This document shows, piece after piece, positions 45,698 through 54,353 of a stretch of 58,851 bases of DNA. The notes beneath the pieces are model-generated. The model was not told the origin of the DNA. It did no database searches and saw only the letters and a list, made by a program, of their open reading frames with translations. The translations under genes and the position numbers were made by a program. The stretch comes from an uncultured Candidatus Saccharibacteria bacterium. GTDB lineage: Bacteria; Patescibacteriota; Minisyncoccia; Phycocordibacterales; UBA9973. Numbering within the stretch: position 1 is the first letter of the stretch; every line of letters starts with the position of its first letter. Location: positions 1 through 58,851 of the forward strand of contig CAYGDG010000006.1 of assembly GCA_964348725.1 (NCBI GenBank), read 5' to 3'.

Positions 45698-46027
45698 ATG
45701 AATTGGATACAAAAAAATTGGTTTACGAAAAGTATTTCCGTTTTATTTTTTTACGCGACGTTTTGGTGTGTATTTTATGGGAGCGCCTTTTTTCTCCCGG
45801 TAAGTTTTTTTGATAATTTATCTACTCTAGGTAACCTTCTTTTTATTTTATACTTCTTCGTAATCTTACCTGGGATCAGTTTTTTTATTCCAAAATATTT
45901 TAAAAAAGTATTTTCTGCTGGTTCATGGGTTTATTTTTTACATACAGTAATGATTATTTCATCTATAGTCATCTTCATATATATAGGGATATTTAGAGCC
46001 TTTTCAGGTTCTGGGTTTTCCTTCTAA
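45698..46027 (+). CDS. hypothetical three-TM membrane protein
   Basis: Very hydrophobic AT-rich ORF 9 nt after the lipase-like gene. Confidence 0.65.
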   Translation: MNWIQKNWFTKSISVLFFYATFWCVFYGSAFFLPVSFFDNLSTLGNLLFILYFFVILPGISFFIPKYFKKVFSAGSWVYFLHTVMIISSIVIFIYIGIFRAFSGSGFSF

Positions 46028-46076
46028 AAAACACCTCCTTCAAAAAGAAGCCGCGATAAAGTGATATAATTTCTAT

Positions 46077-46565
46077 ATGTCTAAAAAAGCTTATTTTGCC
46101 GGTGGATGCTTTTGGGGGATGCAGGAGCTTTTGCGTGCTCGGCCTGGTGTACTCAAGACTACCGTCGGGTATATGGGCGGAAATACAGAGAACCCGAGCT
46201 ATATGAATCATGAAGGGCATGCCGAAGCGGTGGAGATAGAATACGATCTGGAAAAAACTTCATATAAAAACTTACTGGACTTTTTCTTTCAGATACATGA
46301 TCCGACTACTTTGAACAAGCAGGGGAATGACGTCGGCACTTCATACCGCTCGGCGATTTTTTATGCGGATGAGGAGGAGAAAAAAGAAGCGGAAAATTTT
46401 ATAGACCTGGTGAATGCTTCCGGCCGCTGGCCGAATACAGTGGCGACTACACTTGAACCTTTTACTAAATTCTGGCCCGCCGAAGATTATCATCAGGATT
46501 ACCTCCAAAAGAACCCCAGCGGCTACACCTGCCATCGTATCCGCTTCGGGACTTATCTTTTATAA
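46077..46565 (+). CDS. msrA: peptide-methionine (S)-S-oxide reductase
   Basis: [32 protein letters not shown]. Confidence 0.95.
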   Translation: MSKKAYFAGGCFWGMQELLRARPGVLKTTVGYMGGNTENPSYMNHEGHAEAVEIEYDLEKTSYKNLLDFFFQIHDPTTLNKQGNDVGTSYRSAIFYADEEEKKEAENFIDLVNASGRWPNTVATTLEPFTKFWPAEDYHQDYLQKNPSGYTCHRIRFGTYLL

Positions 46566-46604
46566 TTTATTTTTTCTTTATCTGCACTCTAATATAATCC
46601 ACCC

Positions 46605-47957
46605 ATGACCCAGAAAGAAGCCCTAGACATTTTAAAGACTGGCGCGAGCGTATTTCTGACCGGTGAACCCGGCGCAGGTAAAACTTTCGTTACCAATAAA
46701 TACGTGGATCATCTTCGGGATCACAAAGTGCCGGTGGCCATCACCGCTTCCACCGGCATCGCCGCTACGCACATCGGCGGCATGACCATTCATTCCTGGA
46801 GCGGCCTTGGTATCAAGAAATTCTTGAGCTCCGCGGACTTGGATAAAATAGCGAGCAGTGAGCATATCTACAAGCGCATAAACAAGACGAATGTGCTCAT
46901 CATAGACGAAGTATCCATGCTCTCGGCAAATATGCTGGATATGGTGGATGCTATCTGCCGAGAAGTAAAGCGCAACGCTCAGCCTTTCGGCGGGATGCAA
47001 GTCATCCTGGTGGGGGACTTTTTTCAGCTTCCGCCTGTAGAAAAAATAGCCGAAGCGCCAAAGCAAGGCACTTTGATGGCAGAGAAAAAAGCAATCTTCG
47101 CTTTTGAATCCGCCGCCTGGGCGCGCCTTGCTCCGCTCGTGTGTTACTTGTCCGAACAGCACCGCCAGGAAGATGCGGATTTTCTTTCGCTCCTTTCCGC
47201 CATCCGCCGCGGGGAAGTACAGCCCGCACATCGCGCCCATATGGAAAAAAGAAAAGTGAAAGCCGGAGAATTTCCAGCGCACACCACGAAGCTTTTTTCG
47301 CACAATGCGAATGTGGACGAAGTAAATGCCGCCGAGCTGGCGAAGCTTGCTTCCGAAATGAAAGAATACAATATGACGAGCGAAGGCGGGGATACCGTCG
47401 TCGCGAATTTGAAAAAAGGCTGCCTGTCACCGGAAATTTTGCGCTTAAAAATCGGCGCGGCAGTGATGTGCACAAAGAATAATCAGAAAGAACATTTTGC
47501 CAATGGCACGCTGGCCACCGTGCAAGGTTTTGATCCGGATTCCGGTTTGCCTGTCATTAAGACGAGCGCCGGCCGGGTCATCACCATCGAGCCGGCCGAG
47601 TGGAAAGTGGAGGAAAACGGCAAAGTGCGTGCAAAGATCACTCAGCTACCGCTTCGCCTGGCCTGGGCCATCACCGTGCACAAGAGCCAGGGCATGAGCC
47701 TGGACGCCGCCGTCATGGACCTCTCCAGCGTATTTGAATACGGGCAGGGCTATGTGGCCCTTTCCCGTGTGAGGAAGCTCCTCGGGTTATACTTGCTCGG
47801 TATAAACGAGCACGCTCTGAAAGTGCATCCACAGATATTAAAAAAAGACACCGACTTCCGCAAAAATTCCGCCGATGCCCGCAGCACTTTTGCGAATCTT
47901 TCACCGAAAGAACTTTTCAAGATGCACAAAAATTTCACCGAAGCCTTTGGGGCATGA
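46605..47957 (+). CDS. Pif1-like SF1B DNA helicase
   Basis: GEPGAGKT, TASTGIAA, DEVSM, GDFFQLPP, AWAITVHKSQG, YVALSR. Confidence 0.92.
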   Translation: MTQKEALDILKTGASVFLTGEPGAGKTFVTNKYVDHLRDHKVPVAITASTGIAATHIGGMTIHSWSGLGIKKFLSSADLDKIASSEHIYKRINKTNVLIIDEVSMLSANMLDMVDAICREVKRNAQPFGGMQVILVGDFFQLPPVEKIAEAPKQGTLMAEKKAIFAFESAAWARLAPLVCYLSEQHRQEDADFLSLLSAIRRGEVQPAHRAHMEKRKVKAGEFPAHTTKLFSHNANVDEVNAAELAKLASEMKEYNMTSEGGDTVVANLKKGCLSPEILRLKIGAAVMCTKNNQKEHFANGTLATVQGFDPDSGLPVIKTSAGRVITIEPAEWKVEENGKVRAKITQLPLRLAWAITVHKSQGMSLDAAVMDLSSVFEYGQGYVALSRVRKLLGLYLLGINEHALKVHPQILKKDTDFRKNSADARSTFANLSPKELFKMHKNFTEAFGA

Positions 47958-48005
47958 GGTGAGTAATAAAAAGTGATTGAAATTTAAGCCAAAATGGGGT
48001 AGAAT
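47957..48005 (+). repeat. 49-bp direct repeat copy 1, contains sigma70 promoter
   Basis: 45/49 identical to 49666-49714; TTGAAA-17 bp-TAGAAT. Confidence 0.85.
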
Positions 48006-48016
48006 TTTTAGGAATT

Positions 48017-48655
48017 ATGCAAAAATTTTCAAAAATAATAATAGTATCTTTATTTGGACTTTTTCTAATACCAGCTTTGGTTTTTGCGCATCAGCCACGC
48101 ATTACCGATAGCCGAATGACAGAAGTGCCCGATCCAGAAATTTCAAAAGCATATTATGGCACTCTCTCTGGTGAGCCGGACGTTTATACCATAAATGCTA
48201 GTGACCCTTTTGATCTTTATGTAAATATTCTCGTGCCGGATATTGCCGGACAAAAGAAAGATGTCTCCGCTGTGGTGTTAAAAGATGGAAAAGAAATAGT
48301 CGTGCTAGAAGGAATAAATTTTGAATGGAAAAAGTTCTACGAGCCTTTTGGTGCGGACACGTACTGGATGGGCCCCGAATACAAAGCTCGCGCTGAAGCC
48401 GGCACTTATGAGATCCGTGTGTGGAGTAGCAATAACGATAGCAAGTATTCTCTCGCGATAGGTGAAATAGAAAAGTTTGATTTCAAAGAGGGAATGAATG
48501 CCATTGTTTTAATTGCTCAAACAAAGATGCATTTTTTCAACAAATCCTTTTTCAACATCTTTGAGTCGCCATTCATCTACGGCCCGTCTTTAATTTTATT
48601 GATAATAATTATCTTAATAATTTTTGTTATCAGAAGAATTAAGAATAAAAAATAA
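48017..48655 (+). CDS. hypothetical exported protein with C-terminal TM
   Basis: Signal peptide ending VFA-HQP, SKAYYG, KYSLAIGEIE. Confidence 0.78.
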   Translation: MQKFSKIIIVSLFGLFLIPALVFAHQPRITDSRMTEVPDPEISKAYYGTLSGEPDVYTINASDPFDLYVNILVPDIAGQKKDVSAVVLKDGKEIVVLEGINFEWKKFYEPFGADTYWMGPEYKARAEAGTYEIRVWSSNNDSKYSLAIGEIEKFDFKEGMNAIVLIAQTKMHFFNKSFFNIFESPFIYGPSLILLIIIILIIFVIRRIKNKK

Positions 48656-48656
48656 T

Positions 48657-49100
48657 ATGCAAACAATTTCCTTATTTATACTTTTAGCTGGTTTTATCAT
48701 CGGGCTCGGAGCAGTGACGGTGATAGATCTGCACGGATTCCTCGGCCGTACATCAGCGTATTGGACTGAAGCCACGACTCGCACACACAAAGTCACCAAG
48801 CCTTTGATTTGGATAGGAATGCTACTCGGCATCATTGGTGGAATATTTTTCTATCGTGATGTGCCTTTTACTGGTATATTACTTTTCCACGTTATCTCTG
48901 TACCCATTATGATTTTAAATGGAATTTTCCTTTCTTTTTCTGTAAGTCCATTTTTACTCAATCGTGAAAAAGAAGGTAGGCAAGCTGAGCTTTTGCCACA
49001 GTCTTGGCAAAACAAAATAACTTTTTCATTTATACTTTCATTTGTTTCTTGGTGGGGTAATTTAGCAGTTTTGGTTTATTATATTACGGTACTTCACTAA
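48657..49100 (+). CDS. hypothetical four-TM membrane protein
   Basis: Hydrophobic ORF; ATG 48657 one nt after previous stop. Confidence 0.75.
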   Translation: MQTISLFILLAGFIIGLGAVTVIDLHGFLGRTSAYWTEATTRTHKVTKPLIWIGMLLGIIGGIFFYRDVPFTGILLFHVISVPIMILNGIFLSFSVSPFLLNREKEGRQAELLPQSWQNKITFSFILSFVSWWGNLAVLVYYITVLH

Positions 49101-49102
49101 AA

Positions 49103-49618
49103 ATGCCTTTCAAAAAGAAAAAAATAACAGTGAACGATGAAATGCAGAAAAAGTACGTATACTTTTTGACTGAGCCTGTGGGAAAACATTTTGATCCTGA
49201 TTTCAAGCCGGATTTAACTCCAAAACAAATGCTTTCCTTGGGCGTCTTCGGCGGTCGATATATGACTGACTGCAAACGCGAATTTCCAAAAGAATGGTTC
49301 ACTCGTGCAAAGCTCTCTCCGCATCATCATGATAAAAAATTAAATTATTTCGGCGTCGATGCGAGCCAGCCACTTTCCGTCTGGAAGAAAAATGGCTGGA
49401 TTCATCCTATGGACCCTCGTGGATGGTTTCAATGGTATTGCCGATATTATATGGGGCGCAGAATTCCCGATGAAGACATACTACAAATAAAACGCTGGCG
49501 AATGATACAAAGGCACACTGCACAAATAGAAAAAAACTGCCGAGCAGGGGATATTTTCTGCCGACCTCGCCAACGCCAAGCCCTCCTCCACTGGGCGTAT
49601 GATAGTAGGAAGATTTGA
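49103..49618 (+). CDS. conserved hypothetical protein (DPRGWFQWYCRYY family), copy 2
   Basis: Full-length homolog of 36478-36996. Confidence 0.85.
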   Translation: MPFKKKKITVNDEMQKKYVYFLTEPVGKHFDPDFKPDLTPKQMLSLGVFGGRYMTDCKREFPKEWFTRAKLSPHHHDKKLNYFGVDASQPLSVWKKNGWIHPMDPRGWFQWYCRYYMGRRIPDEDILQIKRWRMIQRHTAQIEKNCRAGDIFCRPRQRQALLHWAYDSRKI

Positions 49619-49665
49619 TTTTAGAATGCTTTAAAATAAGGAATTGATCTCCGAGCTAGTACCTA

Positions 49666-49714
49666 AGGTGAGTAATAAAAAGTGATTGAATTTTAGCCTA
49701 AAATGGGGTAGAAT
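49666..49714 (+). repeat. 49-bp direct repeat copy 2, promoter of hsdM
   Basis: TTGAAT-17 bp-TAGAAT, 6 nt before hsdM ATG. Confidence 0.85.
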
Positions 49715-49720
49715 CAGTAA

Positions 49721-51271
49721 ATGTTAAAAGAAAAAAATACTAAATCTGCCAACAAAGAACCTTTTGAAAAACAGCTTTTTAAGGCTGCTGATAAACTTCG
49801 AAAAAATATCGATGCCGCAGAGTATAAAAATGTTGCTCTCGGTTTGATTTTTTTGAAATATATTTCTGATTCTTTTGAAGAATTTTATAATAAACTCGTT
49901 GAACAAAAGTCTGAAGGAGCAAATCCTGAAGATCGTGATGAATACAGTGCTCATAATGTTTTTTTTGTACCAATGGAGGCTCGTTGGTCTTATTTGTATG
50001 GACGCGCAAAATTGCCATCAATAGGTGAAGACCTTGATAAGGCAATGGAAGCGATTGAAAAACAAAATCCTACACTCAAAGGAATTTTGCCGAAAGTTTT
50101 CGCTCGTCCGAATTTAGATAAAGCATCTCTTGGTGGACTTATAGATTTGATAGGAGACATTGCACTTGGGAATGAAGAAGCAAAGGCAAAAGATTTACTT
50201 GGCCGTGTGTATGAATATTTTCTTGGTGAATTTGCAAATGCTGAAGGTAAAAAGGGAGGTCAATTCTATACTCCAAAACCAATTGTAAAATTAATGGTTG
50301 AAATGATTGAGCCATATAAGGGACGCGTATATGATCCATGTTGTGGATCTGGAGGTATGTTTATTATGTCTGAAAAATTTATCAAACAACATGCGGGCCG
50401 TATCGATGATATTGCAATTTATGGACAAGAAAGTAATCAAACCACTTATCGTCTCGCTCGCATGAATATGGCCATTCAGGGTATTGATGGCTCTGGTATT
50501 AAATGGAACACAGAAGGTTCATTTTTGAAAGATGAACACAAAGATTTAAAAGCAGATTATGTTCTCGCCAACCCACCATTCAACGTTTCTGATTGGAGTG
50601 GAGAATTATTACAAAATGATCCTCGTTGGCAATACGGTAAACCTCCAGCAGGTAATGCAAACTTTGCATGGATACAACACATGCTCTATCACCTAGCACC
50701 AAATGGAATCATGGCGACAGTTCTCGCAAATGGCTCTCTTTCTTCGCAATCCAGCGGTGAAGGAGAAATTCGCCAAGCATTAGTAGATGCGAATTTAGTT
50801 GATTGTATTGTTATGCTTCCAAAACAACTTTTCTATAACACCGGAATTCCTGCGTGTATTTGGTTCCTCTCACGCAAGCGCGTTGGCAATGCAGATAGAA
50901 AATTAAATGAAGAGGTGTTATTTATCGATGCATCTGAAATAGGATACATGGCTGACCGAACTCATCGAACTTTTTCAGATGAAGATATCGCAATGCTTGC
51001 AGAAACATATCACAACTGGAGAAAAAATAATGGCAAATATGAAGATAAAAAAGGTTTTTGTAAATCTGCAAAGATTGCCGAAATTCAAAAACATAATTAT
51101 GTACTCACACCTGGACGATACGTCGGCATTACCGATGCGATAGATGATGGAATTCCATTTGAAGAAAAAATGGCGAAATTGACTACGGAATTAAAAGAGC
51201 AAATGATTGAAGAGGGAAGGTTAAATGAGGAAATTAAAAAACAACTTGCGAAGGTTGGGATTAAAGTCTAA
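49721..51271 (+). CDS. hsdM: type I restriction-modification methyltransferase subunit M
   Basis: LGLIFLKYISD, GQFYTP, YDPCCGSGGM, ANPPF. Confidence 0.96.
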   Translation: MLKEKNTKSANKEPFEKQLFKAADKLRKNIDAAEYKNVALGLIFLKYISDSFEEFYNKLVEQKSEGANPEDRDEYSAHNVFFVPMEARWSYLYGRAKLPSIGEDLDKAMEAIEKQNPTLKGILPKVFARPNLDKASLGGLIDLIGDIALGNEEAKAKDLLGRVYEYFLGEFANAEGKKGGQFYTPKPIVKLMVEMIEPYKGRVYDPCCGSGGMFIMSEKFIKQHAGRIDDIAIYGQESNQTTYRLARMNMAIQGIDGSGIKWNTEGSFLKDEHKDLKADYVLANPPFNVSDWSGELLQNDPRWQYGKPPAGNANFAWIQHMLYHLAPNGIMATVLANGSLSSQSSGEGEIRQALVDANLVDCIVMLPKQLFYNTGIPACIWFLSRKRVGNADRKLNEEVLFIDASEIGYMADRTHRTFSDEDIAMLAETYHNWRKNNGKYEDKKGFCKSAKIAEIQKHNYVLTPGRYVGITDAIDDGIPFEEKMAKLTTELKEQMIEEGRLNEEIKKQLAKVGIKV

Positions 51272-51277
51272 ACGAAT

Positions 51278-51793
51278 ATGCCTCTCCTTAATTTTCTAAA
51301 TCAAAATACAGGAGCGATTCAAGCAATATCAACAGTTGCTCTTGTTTTAATTACCGGTTTGTATGCATTATTAACTTATAAGATTGCAAAAGAAGCCGAG
51401 AAATCACGAAAAGATAGTAGGCTTCCTGAGTTAAGAGTTGAAATTACTGGACCCATAGGTAGTGGTGGAAGAGATAATAAAAAATACTTATCGTTCCGCG
51501 TTTTTAATAAAGGACGAGGTGTTGCGCTAAATGTTAAAGGTGTTTTTTGTGGCAGGGGTTTAAATTTCAGTAATCTTGATATTGATGAAGGATCTCATGA
51601 TGAGTTGTATTTGTCTGATGAAGAAATTGATCAAATCTCTAAATTATCAATTGTTGATAGAATGTTCACAATAACCTACAAAGATATTTTTGATCGCAAT
51701 ATTAGTACAGTGGTTATGTTTGGAGATACAGGTCGGGGTGGAGGTGAATTCGTTGATTTTGAAACTAAAAATTGGTTTGTCAGTCTCCCGTAA
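51278..51793 (+). CDS. hypothetical protein with N-terminal TM
   Basis: AISTVALVLITGLYALLT then soluble beta-rich domain; between hsdM and hsdS. Confidence 0.75.
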   Translation: MPLLNFLNQNTGAIQAISTVALVLITGLYALLTYKIAKEAEKSRKDSRLPELRVEITGPIGSGGRDNKKYLSFRVFNKGRGVALNVKGVFCGRGLNFSNLDIDEGSHDELYLSDEEIDQISKLSIVDRMFTITYKDIFDRNISTVVMFGDTGRGGGEFVDFETKNWFVSLP

Positions 51794-51797
51794 TTTT

Positions 51798-53060
51798 ATG
51801 CTACTAACTTCATCAAAAAATTGGAAGACGGTAAGACTTGGTGAAATATCTGAGATTATTGACGGTGATCGAGGTGTAAATTATCCAAAGAATGAAGAAT
51901 TTTTAAAGAAAGGATTTTGTTTGTTTTTAAGTACTAAAAATGTTCCAAATACTAAATTTGAATTTAGTGCACCATTATTTATCTCAGAAGAAGTTGATTT
52001 TCGTTTAAGAAAAGGAAAATTACAAAGAGAAGATTTTGTTTTAACTACTCGAGGTACAATAGGAAATATAGCTTTCTATTCAAAAGATATACCTTATGAC
52101 CATATAAGAATAAATTCAGGTATGGTTATTTTACGTCCAATAAAAGATTTAATTGATTCAAAATTTTTTATATTGTATTTAACAAGTCCAGAATTTCATT
52201 CTCAGGTTTTATCTTTACAATCTGGAAGTGCTCAACCACAGCTTCCTATAAAGGATTTGAAAAATTTTGAAATTTCACTTCCAGAATTTATCACTGAACA
52301 AAAAGAAATTGCTGAAATACTGGGATGTTTGGATGACAAGATTGAATTGCTACGTCGGGAAAATAAAACACTGGAAAGTATTGCGCAGACACTTTTTAAG
52401 GAATGGTTTGTGAATTTTAATTTTCCGGGTTCAAATGAAAAAATGGTTGATTCCGAATTGGGTGAGATTCCTGAAGGGTGGAAGGTTGGGAAGTTGGGGG
52501 AGATTGCTTTTGTGACTAAAGGAACTACACCAACAACAATTGGTGGAAAGTTTACTGAGACTGGAATTAATTTTATAAAAGCAGAAAGTATCACCGAAGA
52601 ACACGGATTTAATTTAAATAAAATAGCTTTTATTGATGAGCATACAAATAATTTGCTTAATCGCTCAGTTATACAAGCAGATGATTTGCTTTATACAATT
52701 GCTGGTACCATTGGACGTTTCGCTTTAATAAAAAAAGATTTAGTTCCAGCAAATACAAATCAGGCTGTTGCTATTATTAGAGCAAATAAAGACATTGTTG
52801 ATCCATATTATTTAAGATGTTATTTTGATCTTGATTCAACTAAAGAAAGTTTAACAGGTAGTATTGTTGAAGCTGTGCAAGCTAATTTAAGTTTAGGTAG
52901 TATTAAGGATTCTAATGTTTTAATACCAAATAATATATGCATGGAATTATTTATTGAAAAAATAAAACCAGTTTTCTTGAAAGCAGATTTACATAATTTA
53001 GAAATTAAAACCTTGTCAAAGTTACGGGATGATTTGTTAAATAAGATTTTTAATGAGTAA
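51798..53060 (+). CDS. hsdS: type I restriction-modification specificity subunit S
   Basis: Two TRDs; GSAQPQL, EQKEIAEIL..LDDKIE, LFKEWF, SELGEIPEGW, LRDDLL; start at ATG 51798. Confidence 0.93.
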   Translation: MLLTSSKNWKTVRLGEISEIIDGDRGVNYPKNEEFLKKGFCLFLSTKNVPNTKFEFSAPLFISEEVDFRLRKGKLQREDFVLTTRGTIGNIAFYSKDIPYDHIRINSGMVILRPIKDLIDSKFFILYLTSPEFHSQVLSLQSGSAQPQLPIKDLKNFEISLPEFITEQKEIAEILGCLDDKIELLRRENKTLESIAQTLFKEWFVNFNFPGSNEKMVDSELGEIPEGWKVGKLGEIAFVTKGTTPTTIGGKFTETGINFIKAESITEEHGFNLNKIAFIDEHTNNLLNRSVIQADDLLYTIAGTIGRFALIKKDLVPANTNQAVAIIRANKDIVDPYYLRCYFDLDSTKESLTGSIVEAVQANLSLGSIKDSNVLIPNNICMELFIEKIKPVFLKADLHNLEIKTLSKLRDDLLNKIFNE

Positions 53061-54351
53061 TAAACCTAAGAAAAATTGCCCTCTTCCCACAACTCATGCT
53101 CGACTAAATCATGTCTTGTCTATTTTTGACGATATAAATAAAAGCTATCAGGAACCAGTAAAATTTACATCTGATTTGAATAATCTAATTCAGGCATTGA
53201 GGAATGTTACATTTATGTTACAGTCTGAAAAAGGGAAAATAGAAAATTTTAATGAGTGGTATAAACCAATTCAGGACTTAATGAAAGAAGATGAAGTAAT
53301 GAAGTGGTTGGTTAATTCGAGAAATCATGTTGTTAAGCAGGGAGATTTAGAAAAAGATAGTTATATTACAGTTCGTATAGTTAACCACTATAATCACGAA
53401 ATATTTACTCAGAAATTTGACCCTTTTTTGAGCACAGATACAGCAATTCAACTGTTTAGAAAAGTAGTTGACTTAAAGTTTCCTGAAATATTAAAAAGTG
53501 AAGTTTTGATTGAGGCAGAGCGAGAATGGGTAGTATCGTCTTATCCAAGAGGAGAAGTCGTTGATGTTCTTATTTATTGTTTTTCAATATTGGTAAATGT
53601 TGTTGAAAAGGCTCACGAAATATTTGGGGACAGTATTTTAACATGCGAGGGAAACAGTTTTTTTGATCCAACAGAAGATTTTATGGTTGTTTTACGTAAT
53701 AATTTAAAACTGAAGAGGTCAACTAGGGTTTTTTACGAGAGTGGAAACGTGGTATCTAGTTCAATAGAAAGAATAACCATGGAAGAAGTTTTGAATGGGA
53801 TGTCCAAAGAAGAGGCATCAAAAAAAGTTACTGAAAAGTACGGATCAATTAAGGAAATTAAAAAAATAATGAAACCTACGAACGAAGAAATCCCTTTTTG
53901 TTTTATACCATATCATCTAGAAATGGCTAAGAAGTTTATGTTAAGCGATGGTGGTATTTTGCCGACTTGTTTTTTATACTTTTCTAAAGAAGAACCTCCA
54001 AAGATGATGCATTTTGTGCTTAGTGAACCGACGGCTCGTTATAGTGCAGCTGAAAGAATTGCAGATATGGTAGAACAAACACATTGCAAGGCTATTATCT
54101 TCTTGAGTGAAGTTTGGATAGGTGATTTACCTAAAAAGGGTGAATCATATGTTCCTGCTAGATACCAGAAAGGAAAAAAGGAAGCAATCAGTCTTTTTTC
54201 TGCTACGCCAACAAAGACCCGACATATACACCTACCCTTTTCAAGAGAGGGTGAAAAAATAATTCTTGGAAAAGAGTCTGTGGCAGACGACCGAAATTGG
54301 CCATTTTTTAATAAATTATTTAAGGTTTGGGTAAATCAGGATATTAAATAG
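53053..54351 (+). CDS. hypothetical protein with HEPN-like N-terminal helical domain
   Basis: LIQALRNVTFMLQ, EWY, WLVNSRNHVVKQGD; overlaps hsdS stop. Confidence 0.7.
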   Translation: MSNKPKKNCPLPTTHARLNHVLSIFDDINKSYQEPVKFTSDLNNLIQALRNVTFMLQSEKGKIENFNEWYKPIQDLMKEDEVMKWLVNSRNHVVKQGDLEKDSYITVRIVNHYNHEIFTQKFDPFLSTDTAIQLFRKVVDLKFPEILKSEVLIEAEREWVVSSYPRGEVVDVLIYCFSILVNVVEKAHEIFGDSILTCEGNSFFDPTEDFMVVLRNNLKLKRSTRVFYESGNVVSSSIERITMEEVLNGMSKEEASKKVTEKYGSIKEIKKIMKPTNEEIPFCFIPYHLEMAKKFMLSDGGILPTCFLYFSKEEPPKMMHFVLSEPTARYSAAERIADMVEQTHCKAIIFLSEVWIGDLPKKGESYVPARYQKGKKEAISLFSATPTKTRHIHLPFSREGEKIILGKESVADDRNWPFFNKLFKVWVNQDIK

Positions 54352-54353
54352 CT

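Noticed and set aside
10625..51797. Longer ORF-track starts for gatC, gatA, ftsE, SOUL, NUDIX 38120, 48624, hsdS and others
   Set aside because: Extensions overlap upstream genes or promoters and lack family similarity; downstream ATGs fit better
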